A stretch of 64,000 nt of DNA from an uncultured cyanobacterium. GTDB taxonomy: Bacteria > Cyanobacteriota > Cyanobacteriia > CAKZMO01. The DNA lies in NCBI GenBank assembly GCA_963719515.1, contig CAVRCJ010000010.1, forward strand, positions 416,001-480,000, read 5' to 3'. Under the pieces are notes generated by a model that had not been told where the DNA came from, ran no database searches, and worked only from the letters and a program-made list of their open reading frames with translations. Shown in pieces: positions 10,207 through 21,300 of this stretch. Each line of letters opens with the position of its first letter. The first letter of the stretch is position 1. The position numbers and the translations under genes were made by a program.

Positions 10207-10647
10207 TCAAAGGGAAAACTCCCCGCGAGCAACCCCAATGGCGATCGCCAGCAACAGGCAGCCTAAAACGGTAGCTCCCAGAAGACAAAGGGCAAATAGC
10301 TCACCACCAGAGAGGGGGCGATCTGTAGGATCTAGATAGGCCGAGCGACTGGAGTAGGGAGCCGACCGCCGAGGGGTCATGAAGTCTGCGGGGGGCTGAA
10401 TGACCGAAAACTTCGAGTAGCCCTGTTTGAGGTCATACCGGAGGCGACGCTCGGGATTACTCAAGGTTCCATAGGCTTCGTTGAGCTGCTGAAACTTGAC
10501 CACAGCTACGTCAGCGGGGAGGGCAGTCGTATCGGGGTGGTAGAGCTTGCTCAGCTCTCTGTAGGCCCGCCGAATCTCCTGCGGCGATGCCCAAGGAGAA
10601 ATTTCTAGGAGGGCGTAATGGCTGGTCAGTAGGCTCACGTCAACCAC
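10207..10647 (-). CDS. J-domain protein with C-terminal TM helix
   Basis: HYALL...IRRAYRELSKLYHPD. Confidence 0.9.
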   Translation of the reverse strand: MVDVSLLTSHYALLEISPWASPQEIRRAYRELSKLYHPDTTALPADVAVVKFQQLNEAYGTLSNPERRLRYDLKQGYSKFSVIQPPADFMTPRRSAPYSSRSAYLDPTDRPLSGGELFALCLLGATVLGCLLLAIAIGVARGEFSL

Positions 10648-10735
10648 GCTAGTCCAATTCGATAGCTAGATTCTCTCTCATGATGGCGTACAGGCCTACC
10701 AAATTCAATCTTCAACTGCGCTCACTTCGACGCCC

Positions 10736-11638
10736 CTACACCAGCGCTGAGCTATTCTCCCCGTGGGCTACCGCGCCCTCGCGGGTCAGCCGAATCTGCG
10801 CCAGGGTGAAGATTACCGGAATGATGCGGCTGTAGTTGGTGGCGATCGCTCGCCATCCCAGGTCCGTGAGCAACCAGGCCCACATCGCCGGGCCGAGCAG
10901 CGAGAACACCGTTCTCACCGCCGTATAGCGGGTCGCCGTCATCGCCATTCCCCGGCGAGCCATCTGCATCGTTACCCGCTGCTTAATTCGTGTGGAGACA
11001 AGAGCGCTACCCGCCGCCAGCGCCTGCTGAGTGACCTGATAGCGCGCCATGTGCCAGGCAAACTGGTGGGCCACCTGCCGCAGCAGCCAGCTCCGCAGCA
11101 CTGAGCTGACGGCGATCGCGCCGCTGCCGACCAGCAGCGTTCGCAGCGGGTCTTGGCGCATGGCGGCGGGCAGGTTTTTTTGCAGGGGCGATCGCAACAC
11201 CGACTGCTGCACCCGCAGCGCGAGGCGGTCTTGCTCTTGGGGCGGAAGCTGCTTCCAGCTGCGGTACAGCAGGTGCAAAAAGAGCTCCGCTTCCAAGTCC
11301 TCGGTCGATAGTTCACCGGCCACAGACAAAATCTCAGACAGGCTGAGGTTGCGGCAAACCGCCAGCAAAACCTGTCTATAGCTCAGCTGACGGCTTTGCC
11401 CCCGCAGCACCGTAATTCCATCAGCGGCCAAAAACCGAAATCGCTGCTCAATCTGATCGATTTGCTGCGCGCGCGCTAAGGTCTGGATGGCTAATGGAGT
11501 CGGAACGACCGCATAGTCTATGGGATTAAACCGGCGGCTGAACAACATTGACGCTAGGGCCTGCAGTTCGTCATCACTCGCCAGCTCTAACCCGACTCGC
11601 AGCTCATCCATCAGTTTCTCCTCGCGATCGCTTGCCAT
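10736..11638 (-). CDS. YaaW/UPF0174-like protein
   Basis: DELRVGLELASDDEL, RFRFLAADG, DLGWRAIATNYSRIIP. Confidence 0.8.
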   Translation of the reverse strand: MASDREEKLMDELRVGLELASDDELQALASMLFSRRFNPIDYAVVPTPLAIQTLARAQQIDQIEQRFRFLAADGITVLRGQSRQLSYRQVLLAVCRNLSLSEILSVAGELSTEDLEAELFLHLLYRSWKQLPPQEQDRLALRVQQSVLRSPLQKNLPAAMRQDPLRTLLVGSGAIAVSSVLRSWLLRQVAHQFAWHMARYQVTQQALAAGSALVSTRIKQRVTMQMARRGMAMTATRYTAVRTVFSLLGPAMWAWLLTDLGWRAIATNYSRIIPVIFTLAQIRLTREGAVAHGENSSALV

Positions 11639-11706
11639 GTCAATATTCTAATGAAACCGTTCAGGTAATTCCCGATTTTCGGGCCACAGGATTGGAGCCA
11701 AACTTG

Positions 11707-12747
11707 ATGTCGATTGAGTCGATTGAAGAGACTGACGCGACGCAGGCCGATGGCGGCATCGACGTTGCGGTGGTGGGAGCCGGACTTTCAGGCTTAACCT
11801 GTGGTCGCTGGCTCCACGAGCAGGGCTACCGGACCCTCGTTTTAGAAAAGTCTCGCGGGTTGGGCGGAAGAATTGCGACCCGCCGGGTGGAGGATGTTCC
11901 CTTAGACCACGGTGCACGCTACCTAGTAGAAGAAGGGATTCACACCCAGCGCCTCATTCAGCAAATGAGCGCAGAGGGCATTGTTTCGTCATCTGCTGCA
12001 TCGGTGGTCTCCCAAGGTAGCGACTCTCCTCACCAGGTCTATGTCGCGCCTCAGGGAATGACGGCGATCGCTAAGGCGCTGGCTGCAGACCTCACCGTGT
12101 ACCGGCAGCATCGGGTCGAGGGGATGGAGCGACAGGCAGACCGCTGGTGCCTGCAGGTTATGGCGCTGGGTCAGCCGAAGACGATTACCGCCCGCGCTGT
12201 CGTTTTAGCCCTACCGGCCCCCCAGGTCGTGGCTCTCCTGCGATCGCAGGAGAGCGGCCTAGCCCAGCTAGTTCGCGCCGCCGAAGCCGTTGCCTTTGAC
12301 CCCTGCTTTAGCGTCATGGCGGGCTACGCCGCCGCACCCTCAGCGGATCTGCCCTTGGGACTGCTGATCGATGAAACGGGCCACGACTTAAGCTGGATTG
12401 GGTTCGAGCAGCGCAAGCGCCCCATGGCTCACTGCAGGGTCGTTTTACAAAGCAGCGCTGAATTTGCAGCGCAGGCCATTGATCGCCTGGCCCCCGCCCA
12501 AATCGCCGAGCGTCTTGTGCAGGCGAGTCAGGCCATTCAGCCTGTAGCGGCTTTGGGGCAGCCCGAATGGACACAGACCCACCGCTGGCGCTATGCCTTT
12601 TGCCGCCGTCCTCACCCTGAACCCTGCTTGAGCGGTCAAACGCCGCTGCCGCTGGTCTGCTGTGGTGATTGGTGTGGGGGCAGCACGCTCGAATCCGCTG
12701 CTCGCTCAGGCCTAGCGGCCGCTGAAGCGATCGCCAGCGCCTTCTAG
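11707..12747 (+). CDS. FAD-dependent oxidoreductase (renalase-like)
   Basis: VVGAGLSG, EKSRGLGGRIATR, DHGARY, HRWRYA, CGDW. The start was taken at the ATG at 11707. Confidence 0.9.
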   Translation: MSIESIEETDATQADGGIDVAVVGAGLSGLTCGRWLHEQGYRTLVLEKSRGLGGRIATRRVEDVPLDHGARYLVEEGIHTQRLIQQMSAEGIVSSSAASVVSQGSDSPHQVYVAPQGMTAIAKALAADLTVYRQHRVEGMERQADRWCLQVMALGQPKTITARAVVLALPAPQVVALLRSQESGLAQLVRAAEAVAFDPCFSVMAGYAAAPSADLPLGLLIDETGHDLSWIGFEQRKRPMAHCRVVLQSSAEFAAQAIDRLAPAQIAERLVQASQAIQPVAALGQPEWTQTHRWRYAFCRRPHPEPCLSGQTPLPLVCCGDWCGGSTLESAARSGLAAAEAIASAF

Positions 12748-12764
12748 CCCCGAGTCAAGGTCAA

Positions 12765-12956
12765 CTAGCTATCTTGCTTCGGCGTGGTGCCGCTGCTGTT
12801 TTCGCTATCGCTATTCTCGTCTTGCTCAGAGCTCTCTGAGCGGTTTTGGTTATACTGACGGCGGCCAAAGCGGGAGTTGCTGCGCTTGCGGAATTTTCGG
12901 GCGTAAGCTTCGTTGCGTAGGGCTTTCTCTTTCTTCAGGTTGCGGCGTTTAGCCAT
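12765..12956 (-). CDS. Small basic conserved hypothetical protein
   Basis: MAKRRNLKKEKALRNEAYARKF, with a GAGG RBS upstream on the minus strand. Confidence 0.75.
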   Translation of the reverse strand: MAKRRNLKKEKALRNEAYARKFRKRSNSRFGRRQYNQNRSESSEQDENSDSENSSGTTPKQDS

Positions 12957-13146
12957 CCTAAACCTCTAGTGATGATGTGAACATGTTAGACAAACGGTTC
13001 TCTATCTTACAAAAAAAATCAGGCTGATGGACTCCGGTCCGTTTGAACCATAGCACTGCTCAGGGTCTCAATCTCTTCAGAGATGTGGCGTTTTGCCCCT
13101 ATTTTAACCCTACAGTTCAGCGCCCACGCCCTTAGATTTAGAGCAG

Positions 13147-13794
13147 CTAGATCAGAGCAATGCGCTGACGCTCTTGCTGCAGATCTAGGCTCTGCAGGTG
13201 GGAATAGGCTTGGTCCACCGCCCTCGCCCCCCGCAAAAACCCTACATTGGCCCCAGGGCAGATGTAGCGGAGCGTCTCGGGCGTGAAGCGATCGCGCAGG
13301 TGCTCCACGCTTTTGAGCTGGCGATACCAGTGAAAGGTTTTGGCCAGCCGCAGGGGGACGGGATGACCGCTGCTGTTGGGCAGCAGGTGTCGCCCGGTGA
13401 ACAGGAGGCCGCCCTCGCGCTGCAGGTAGAGGCAGGCAGAGCCCGGAGAGTAGCCCGGAGTCCAGATCAGCTCAGCGGAGGGGCTGAGACGGTGCTCCCG
13501 CTGAAACGTCACGGAATCGAGATTGGGGAGCCGGTAGGCCTCCTGCTCTTGAATAATTAGCGGACAGGAGAACTGAGCCTGGAGGGGACGCACCTGGCCA
13601 ATGCCGTCGCGGTGGGTGATCACAATAGCGCCGACGCCGTGGTGCTCCAAGAATGCCTGAGTTTCCTCGGTCGAAGGTGGACAATCGATCAGCAGGTTGC
13701 CGGTATCTGGAGCCAGGACAAAGTACGAGGTTCCTCCCAGGGTATCTCGGTTGGGGGGAAAGGCAAAAACATCGTCGAAGACGGGGCGGGTCAT
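13147..13794 (-). CDS. MBL-fold metallo-hydrolase
   Basis: FAFPPNRDTLGGTSY, LLIDCP, ITHR, WTPGYSPGS. The start was taken at the ATG at 13794. Confidence 0.85.
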   Translation of the reverse strand: MTRPVFDDVFAFPPNRDTLGGTSYFVLAPDTGNLLIDCPPSTEETQAFLEHHGVGAIVITHRDGIGQVRPLQAQFSCPLIIQEQEAYRLPNLDSVTFQREHRLSPSAELIWTPGYSPGSACLYLQREGGLLFTGRHLLPNSSGHPVPLRLAKTFHWYRQLKSVEHLRDRFTPETLRYICPGANVGFLRGARAVDQAYSHLQSLDLQQERQRIALI

Positions 13795-13950
13795 AAAAGC
13801 GGGGGTAAAGAGCGTAATCTTTCTTAACCTTTCGGGGAGGCTGCTGCGATCGCATTCCTGAGGCGGCGTTGAGGGGCGATGGGGGCGATCGCACCGGGCT
13901 GCGGAGCATGAATCTAGCCCTTGGCCTTGCCCAGACTCGAAAGATGGAGA

Positions 13951-13967
13951 TATAGTACTTGTGTACT
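13951..13967 (+). promoter_or_regulatory. Putative LexA box overlapping the -10 element of the parM-like operon
   Basis: AGTAC-TTGT-GTACT (13954-13967) fits the cyanobacterial consensus RGTACNNNDGTWCB. TATAGT lies at 13951-13956. Confidence 0.65.
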
Positions 13968-14004
13968 GCTCGGGGACAAACAAGCCCAGTTGGAGTAACC
14001 ACCT

Positions 14005-15048
14005 ATGACTACAGCTACCAGACAAAAGCGTTCTAGTAAAGTGCAGGGGAGTCCTTCCTCCCCTACAGCGCCGTCCACCGCGACGCGAATTGTTGCCCTC
14101 GACGCCGGCAACTACGACCTCAAGTTTTTCGACGGGGTGAATCACCCCAAGGCGATACGCTCGGTGCGCTATCAGCTTCCCCAGGGCCGCGACCCCGTCA
14201 GTACCTCAGACGCCTCGCCCCTAGTCGAGCTTTCCGACGGCACCCGCTACCACTTCGGGGCCCAGGCCTATAAATATCGCCGTCAGCAGCAAACGGTCAT
14301 CGAAAATAAGATAGAGCTGGCGCGTTTGCATCTCTACGCCTGTTTAGAGCCGCTCAACGGCATGTCTAGCGAATTTTCTCTACAACTGCATCTGTCGACC
14401 CCTGAGCCCGGTAAGCACGGTGAGGCTCTGAAAAAAGAGCTGCGAGGGCTGCACGAGTTTACCCGCAACGGCATCGAGTTCCGCGTCAACGTCGAGAACG
14501 TCACCGTAGAGCGCGAGGGCATGGGAGCCTACTGGTACGCCAAGAACCAGGGCTTTATTCCCAACCAGGGCTACACCATCGTCGTTGATATCGGCGGCGG
14601 CACCTGGCTCACCCGGCTAGTCGATGGGGAAGGCGAGGTAATAGACGAGAACGTGATGAATCGAGGGGGCTCCTACGAGCTAGCGGTCTCTATCAGCTTC
14701 GATCGCCGCCTTACCGACGCCCTGGGCACCACGGCAGACCCCAGCCTTGTGATGGATGGATTCCGCAGCGGTCACGGCTACGCCGACACAGGGCTCTCTT
14801 GGAGCCCCTGGCTCGACGAGCACCTTGACCCCTGGTTCAAAGGCATTTTCCAAACCGTCAAGGCTCAATACACCCCCTATATGGCCCGCGTCACCAAGTT
14901 CCTCGTGACGGGCGGCGGCTCCCACCTCATTTCCGAGCGACTTGCCGGACGTAAACTGTTTACCGTGATGGGCGACCCTCAGTTCGCCAACGTTCGCGGT
15001 CTGTACCTTCTTACCCAAGACAGCCAGCTATGCATGACAACAAAGTAA
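14005..15048 (+). CDS. ParM/StbA-family actin-like ATPase
   Basis: Phosphate-1 motif ALDAGNYDLK, REGMGA, phosphate-2 motif VDIGGGT, adenosine motif VTGGG, C-terminal PQFANVRG. Confidence 0.9.
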   Translation: MTTATRQKRSSKVQGSPSSPTAPSTATRIVALDAGNYDLKFFDGVNHPKAIRSVRYQLPQGRDPVSTSDASPLVELSDGTRYHFGAQAYKYRRQQQTVIENKIELARLHLYACLEPLNGMSSEFSLQLHLSTPEPGKHGEALKKELRGLHEFTRNGIEFRVNVENVTVEREGMGAYWYAKNQGFIPNQGYTIVVDIGGGTWLTRLVDGEGEVIDENVMNRGGSYELAVSISFDRRLTDALGTTADPSLVMDGFRSGHGYADTGLSWSPWLDEHLDPWFKGIFQTVKAQYTPYMARVTKFLVTGGGSHLISERLAGRKLFTVMGDPQFANVRGLYLLTQDSQLCMTTK

Positions 15049-15320
15049 GACTTAGCCAAGATGTGATCGACAAAGCGCAGGTGATCGCCACCGAATGGGG
15101 TCTGAAAAACGCCCGCGCCGCCGTTGAGGCCGTGTTTCGCCGCTATTCAGACGAGTACCTATACGGGCGACAATCCTCAGGGCCAATAGGTCAGCCAGTG
15201 GGTCAGCCAGTGGGTCAGCCAGTAGATTTACCAGTGGGCCTGCCGCTGCGGGCCGTTCCTGCGAGCGCCGCCGCGAGCTGCGAGGCGCTAGAGGAGCTAG
15301 ACGATCTGCTGGCGATGTGA
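15030..15320 (+). CDS. Small partner protein of the ParM-like ATPase (ParR-like adaptor candidate)
   Basis: Overlaps the parM stop. Predicted beta-helix-helix N-terminus, PVGQ-repeat linker and acidic C-terminal helix EALEELDDLL. Confidence 0.65.
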   Translation: MHDNKVRLSQDVIDKAQVIATEWGLKNARAAVEAVFRRYSDEYLYGRQSSGPIGQPVGQPVGQPVDLPVGLPLRAVPASAAASCEALEELDDLLAM

Positions 15321-15333
15321 GGCGGCATAGGGG

Positions 15334-16482
15334 CTAATGTCTTAGGGCGTTATCTACGGCCTGCTGCTGATCGCGGCGAGTAATCCAGCGGTGGTAGGTC
15401 TGGGTGTGGAGACTCACGGAATGCCCCATCATCTGGGCCGCGACGGTGTCCGGTAGGCCGACGTGAATGGTGCGTACGGCCCAAGCGTGACGGAGGTCGT
15501 AGGGCTTAAAGGGGAGGCGGTAGCGGCGCAGCTGGGTCGTCACTTTTTGCCCAATGCGCTGCAGGGTAGTTTGACTCAGATCGGTGGTTAGCTTTGGCAA
15601 AACTACAGTCTGCAGCTCAAACTGCTCTACCCATTCTGGGTGGAACGGCCATACCTCGCGCTGTCCGGTCTTGGTGGTTTCCAGCACCTCTACGGAAGCG
15701 CGAGAAGGGTCTGACGCCTGCAGTAGGCGATCGCAGTTGCAAAAAAACACCTCGTGGTTACGCAACCCATAGGCCGCCATCATGCCGTAAACGAAGCGCC
15801 ACCCTGGATTAGGAATTTGGCGGTAGGTCTCAACAATCGCCTCATCCGTAGGCAGCTGCCGCAGCTTCGCGTGGGTGCGGCTGTAGCTGCCCCAGCGCTG
15901 ATCTAGGTCAGGGAGCTCTAAATCGAGAAACTGAGCGAAGGCGCTGAGGGCGGTGTAGGCCACTTGGCGGCTGCGGGAGCGCGGCGGAATAGCGTCGAGG
16001 GTGGTGTAGATGGTCTCAGCTAAAGTGAGCCGAGAGGAGGATTGGGCCGCTGCCTCCAATTTGCGCAGGTAGGGAGCGTAGGCCGTCCGCCAGGTGGTTT
16101 TGGCGGCGGCCTGGGCCATGACGGTTTGGCGCTGCTGAAAGAAGCTCGCCTGAAACGCCTCAATCTGCTCTGAAAGGCACAGCTGGTGCAGCCGCTTCCC
16201 CCCAGGCTGATAGTTTCGCCAGTCGAAGGTGCGCTCTATCAGCTTGGCGGCGATAATCTTCGCCTCTTGTTCCGCCTGCTTCAGCCCGGGCTTTGTGGCC
16301 GGAAGCCCTAGACTGAGGCGCTGCTGGCAGGGGCGGAGCCGGGCGCTCTCGGGGCGGGGCGGAAAGGTGCCCCGCAAACTCAGCTTTTGCCCCCGGCGCT
16401 CGAGATGTACGCCGAGCTGGGCGGCTTTTAGCCGTTGATTGATCTGTTGGAGGCGGAGATCGATGTCAGCTGAGGGGACCAT
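15334..16482 (-). CDS. Tyrosine recombinase (XisA/XisC-like site-specific integrase)
   Basis: YGLRNHE, TKTG, YDLRHAW, MGHS and HTQTY catalytic motifs. Confidence 0.9.
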   Translation of the reverse strand: MVPSADIDLRLQQINQRLKAAQLGVHLERRGQKLSLRGTFPPRPESARLRPCQQRLSLGLPATKPGLKQAEQEAKIIAAKLIERTFDWRNYQPGGKRLHQLCLSEQIEAFQASFFQQRQTVMAQAAAKTTWRTAYAPYLRKLEAAAQSSSRLTLAETIYTTLDAIPPRSRSRQVAYTALSAFAQFLDLELPDLDQRWGSYSRTHAKLRQLPTDEAIVETYRQIPNPGWRFVYGMMAAYGLRNHEVFFCNCDRLLQASDPSRASVEVLETTKTGQREVWPFHPEWVEQFELQTVVLPKLTTDLSQTTLQRIGQKVTTQLRRYRLPFKPYDLRHAWAVRTIHVGLPDTVAAQMMGHSVSLHTQTYHRWITRRDQQQAVDNALRH

Positions 16483-16729
16483 TGTCAAACAGTCGCAAGT
16501 ATTGTGACAGAGGAGAGCTTAAGACGGGCTTAAGGTTTAAACTAACGGTTAGCTTGTTCCACTGATAGCTTATAGAAAGCGAATTTATAGAAATAAATCG
16601 TTCGCTGGATTCTGACATCTACACCGATCGATGCCAGTTTCAGCGCTAAGATTAAGAAATATTATCTTTACTATAGAAGATACTGAGTCGTCTACAGTTG
16701 GTTCGCTTAAGTTTGTTATCTCATAGACA

Positions 16730-17914
16730 GTGAAGGGGAATGCCGTGGTCACGACAGGTCGCGTTGGAGTATTGCTGCTAAATCTAGGAGGACCAGACCA
16801 GCTTGAGGACGTTCGCCCCTTTCTGTTCAACCTGTTCTCTGACCCAGAGATCATTCGCCTCCCCGTAGCCTGGCTACAAAAACCGCTGGCCTGGCTGATC
16901 TCGACGACTCGGGCCAATAAGTCGAAAGAAAACTACCGCCAGATCGGCGGCGGTTCCCCCCTGCGCCGGATCACCGAGGAGCAGGGGCAGGCGCTGCAGG
17001 AAATCCTGCGCCAGCAGGGACAAGAGGCCCAGGTGTATGTAGGCATGCGGTACTGGTACCCCTTCACGGAGGAGGCGATCGCCCGCATCAAGCGCGATCG
17101 CATCGAGCATCTGGTGATTTTGCCCCTCTATCCCCACTTCTCCATCAGCACCAGCGGCTCTAGCTTCCGCCTTCTAGAGCGCATCTGGAACGAAGACCCG
17201 GCGCTACAGAATATTGAATATACCGTCATCCCTTCTTGGTACGATCGCCCCGGTTACCTAGAGGCCATGGCCCAGCTAATTGCCCAAGAGCTAGACCAGC
17301 TGCCGGACCCCAACAGCGCCCACGTCTTTTTTAGCGCCCACGGGGTGCCAATTAGCTATGTGGAAGAGGCGGGCGATCCCTACCAGCGAGAGATTGAGGC
17401 CTGCGTTGAGCTAATTATGCAGCGGCTCAACCGGCCCAACGAGCATACGCTGGCTTACCAAAGCCGCGTTGGCCCCGTGGAGTGGCTGAAGCCCTACACC
17501 GAGGACGCGATTGAAGAGCTAGCCCAGCGCGTCGATACTCTGGTGGTGGTGCCCATCAGCTTCGTGTCTGAGCATATCGAAACCCTGCAGGAAATCGACA
17601 TGGAGTACCGCGAGCTTGCCGAGGAGGCGGGCCTGGAAAACTTCCACCGCGTTCCGGCCCTCAACACCCATCCGGTCTTCATTGAAGATATGGCCAATAT
17701 GGTGACCGAAGCATTGCAGGGTCCGGCGCTCAAGCTTGAAGAGGTGATGCGTCCCCCCATTGAGACCAAGATCTATCCCCAGGAAAAGTGGGAGTGGGGG
17801 CTGACGACGGCAGCAGAAGTGTGGAACGGGCGGCTGGCGATGCTGGGCTTTTTGGCCCTGATGGCCGAGCTGATTAGCGGCCAAGGCCCTCTGCATTTTG
17901 TCGGGTTACTATAG
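16730..17914 (+). CDS. hemH: Ferrochelatase with C-terminal CAB domain
   Basis: [32 protein letters not shown]; tail [12 protein letters not shown]. The exact GTG start is uncertain. Confidence 0.97.
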   Translation: MKGNAVVTTGRVGVLLLNLGGPDQLEDVRPFLFNLFSDPEIIRLPVAWLQKPLAWLISTTRANKSKENYRQIGGGSPLRRITEEQGQALQEILRQQGQEAQVYVGMRYWYPFTEEAIARIKRDRIEHLVILPLYPHFSISTSGSSFRLLERIWNEDPALQNIEYTVIPSWYDRPGYLEAMAQLIAQELDQLPDPNSAHVFFSAHGVPISYVEEAGDPYQREIEACVELIMQRLNRPNEHTLAYQSRVGPVEWLKPYTEDAIEELAQRVDTLVVVPISFVSEHIETLQEIDMEYRELAEEAGLENFHRVPALNTHPVFIEDMANMVTEALQGPALKLEEVMRPPIETKIYPQEKWEWGLTTAAEVWNGRLAMLGFLALMAELISGQGPLHFVGLL

Positions 17915-18343
17915 TAGTTAGGGAAATCTACAGACTGCCGTCATTTCCATCCTGATGAATTCTCTTAACCGTTGTGTAGTCTTACACAGCGGTATTAGGA
18001 TAGGCGGCACCTACCTTCGGTCGGGGCATTTGCCATTTTAAGACGACTGTAAACTGACATCTATCTACAGCAACGGCGATCGCAACGGTCGCAAGCCGCA
18101 GTCTAACCACTACAGGGAGTGCCACAGCGGTTGTTCGACTTCACCCAATTGGATTACACAATAGCCGTATAGCAACTGTTCTTCTGCACCGAGTGTATTA
18201 GGACATTCGCGCACTCTATGGTCTCCGCCGCAAAAGGCTCTAAGCCCATGCTGGTGTGAGCGGTAGGGTCACGGTAATTAAGACTGGCCACAAATATCGG
18301 GGCACTGCTGTTGGGCGGCCCTGGCAAAGGGGAATGAGTATCT

Positions 18344-21300
18344 ATGATGCAGATTAGACGCGCAACGCGCGATGACGTCCGTGTGGATATGGAGCAGCGC
18401 CTAAGCGCTGCAAGCGCAGGCGACACAGAAGCGATCGCCGCCCTAATTGAGCGATCGCTAATTCTATCGCGGGTCGCCGTGCGGGCGCGAATCGAGGGGC
18501 GCTGTCTCTACATCATTCTCTATGGGCAAACGGGGCAGCAGGATAGTCTGGTGCGCTTCATTAAGTCGGGCCTGCAGCAGATTCGCATTGAGGGCGTCAG
18601 CGAGATAGATATTGCGCTGCACGAGGACGAATCGGAGCGCAGCCCCATCTGGAGCTATCGCGGTCAGCTGCGGCCGTCCCAGCCCGTGGCGGTATTGGCG
18701 ACGCCCAAAGCTATTCCGCCATCCACCTCCCCCCGCCGGGTAATCACCGGAAACTACAGCACCCAGTGGACTTCCAGCGGCATTCGCGTTGACGCCACTT
18801 CCTCTAGCCCCCAGCGGTGGGTGCCCCAGTCGGCAACTCCCCCCGCCGCGCAGGATCTGTTTGACCGGCAGTCGGCCATCTACAAAGCCACCCAGGCCAT
18901 CAAGTCGGGCGCTCCCCTCCAGGTTCACGGTCCTTCTGGGGCTGGAAAGACCACATTCTTGCGCCACCTGATTCACCAGCAGGAGGTGCAGCAGTTTGGC
19001 GACGGCATTGTCTACATAGAGGCCTACAAATCTCTCAGTATTGACCTGCTCCAGCAGCTATTCGAGGCCCTTTACCACAGCAACAACGCGGTCCCCACCA
19101 AACCGACTCTCCCGGAGCTTTACCACGCCCTCCGCAGCCGCAATAGCCTAGCCGTTATTGACCAAACTGCAGCGGTGGACAGCCTCGATCCTCTCATTGG
19201 CACCGTACCGCTGCTGCTGGCCGCGCAGACCTGCTACCTCTGGGAGCGGGGAGAGGTGGTTCCCCTAGAGGCTTTTTCAGACCACGAAGCCCTCACCTTT
19301 GTTGAGCTGAAGCTGGGCCGTGCCCTATCCGTAGACGAGCAGCGCTCTGCAATGGATCTTTGCCGTCACCTCAAGGGCAACCCGGCCCTGCTGATTCAGC
19401 ATGTGGGGATAGTGCGGCGGGGACAGTCCTCCTTTGCAGAACTCGCACAGCAGATAGACGCTGGGTTTTCCCCAGACGCGCTGGTCATGCGGGCCGCTAG
19501 CGATCTCTCAGACGAAGAGCGGCGACTGCTGGCTACCCTAGCCGTTTTTGGCCCCGTTCCCATTCGGGCCCATCACCTGCAGGCGATCGCTGGCGTGGAC
19601 AGCATTTCCCTGACGGAGCTACAGGCTCGGGGACTGGTGTGGGGCGACGACGCCTACCGGCTGGCTAACAATCTGCTAGCTCCGCTGCAGCAGGTGTGGG
19701 ATCTCACCCCCTGGTATGAGCGAGCGGTGCATTATTTCAGCAGCTGGGCCACCTCCCAGCACGAGCGCATCCCGGCTTCTGGGGAGGCGGCTTCGCCAGA
19801 GACCCTGGCCATGCTCGACCTCCTGTGGCGATTGCTGGAGCGCTCGGTGGAGCTGCATCAGTGGTCCGACAGCCTGTCCCTATGCCGCGCCTTGGATCCA
19901 CTGCTCTACCAGTACTGCCGCTGGGGACGGTGGCAGCAGATCTGGGAATTGGGCCGACAGGCGGCGCGGGAGCTAGAAGACAGCGCGACTGAGGCCTGGG
20001 CCTTGCACCAGATGGGCAGCGCTGCCCTTTGCCTTGACGACAGCTTTGCGGCCCAGGCCCACCTCGCAGAAGCTCAGCAGCTGCGGCTGCAGGCGGGCGA
20101 TATGGTTGGGGCGGCGCTGTCTCAGCACAACCTGAGCGTTGTCACCCAAACCCTGGGCAAAGACGTCACCCGTAAGGAGGCTGCTCGGCCAGCCTCCAGT
20201 GCCCCAGCCGCTGCCTTCGTGTCTATGCCTCAGCAGCTGCCGCTCAAGTGGCTCCTGTTGGGCGGCGCGGCGCTCCTGGCCGGAGTTGGAGCGATGTTTA
20301 GTTTGCAGTCGTCGTCGTCGGAGGTCTCAGTGCGTCCGGGTCTGATTACCTTTCCGCCCCAGCTGCGCTCTACCCCCAGCGAAACGCGCGAGATTGTGGT
20401 TTACAACAACAGCTCCGAAGCGCTGTCTATTGACGAAATTGTTCTGGGCGATCGCGAGGGAAACGTAGACACCAGTCAAGACGCTGGCGACGACCCTGCG
20501 CTTTCCGGCAGCAATTTTCAGATTGAAGAAAACTGCACCGATAGCGTTCTTCTCCCCGAGGCCTCCTGCACAATTGAGGCGCAGTTCACGCCACAATCCG
20601 TGGGAGCCCACGCCGCGACGGTGACCATTGTTGACGACAGACAGCCCCTGAAAACGGTGACTCTCCGCGGTGTGGGTGCGGTTGCAGAAGCTGAATTTGA
20701 GCCCAAGTCTTTGACGTTTGAGCCGCAGCAGCCCGACGCTGAGCCCACGACCCAAATCGTCACCGTCCGCAATAAAGGGGCCGTGGCTTTTGCTGTGGCA
20801 ACGGTGGCCCTAGAAGACACAACGGCCTTCTCTATTAAGGCTGATGAATGCGCTGGGCTGACCCTAGACACGCGGGACACCTGCCGCCTTGTGGTCCAGT
20901 TTGACCCGCCCGAAGCCGGCGAATTTGCGGCGACGCTGACCGTCACCCCCGAAACCCGCTCGACAATTTGGACGCTGCCTCTAGAAGCCGCCGTCTCTAC
21001 GACACCCTCGTCAGGGACTACCCCGTCTACCCCCTCAAGCCCTTCAGCGCCCCCTGCGCCACCGAGCCCCTCGCAAGCGCCTCGCCTAAGCTTCCCGCCC
21101 CTGCGTCTGCCGCCCATCTTTACCCCGTCCCCTAGCCCCGCACCGCGCCCGCGCCCGCGCCCGCGTCTCAAGGCCGAGCTTGCCGCCAACGTAGAGTCAG
21201 TCGCCTTTGACGACCAGCGCGCAGGCAGTACGGGAACCGAGCGCATCACGCTGACCAACAGAGGAAACGGAGACCTATACTTCGACTCGATCACCCTCGA

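Noticed and set aside
14005..16488. Integrated plasmid or ICE (parM plus integrase)
   Set aside because: There are no att repeats, tRNA, rep, relaxase or compositional shift, and core genes lie immediately on both sides.
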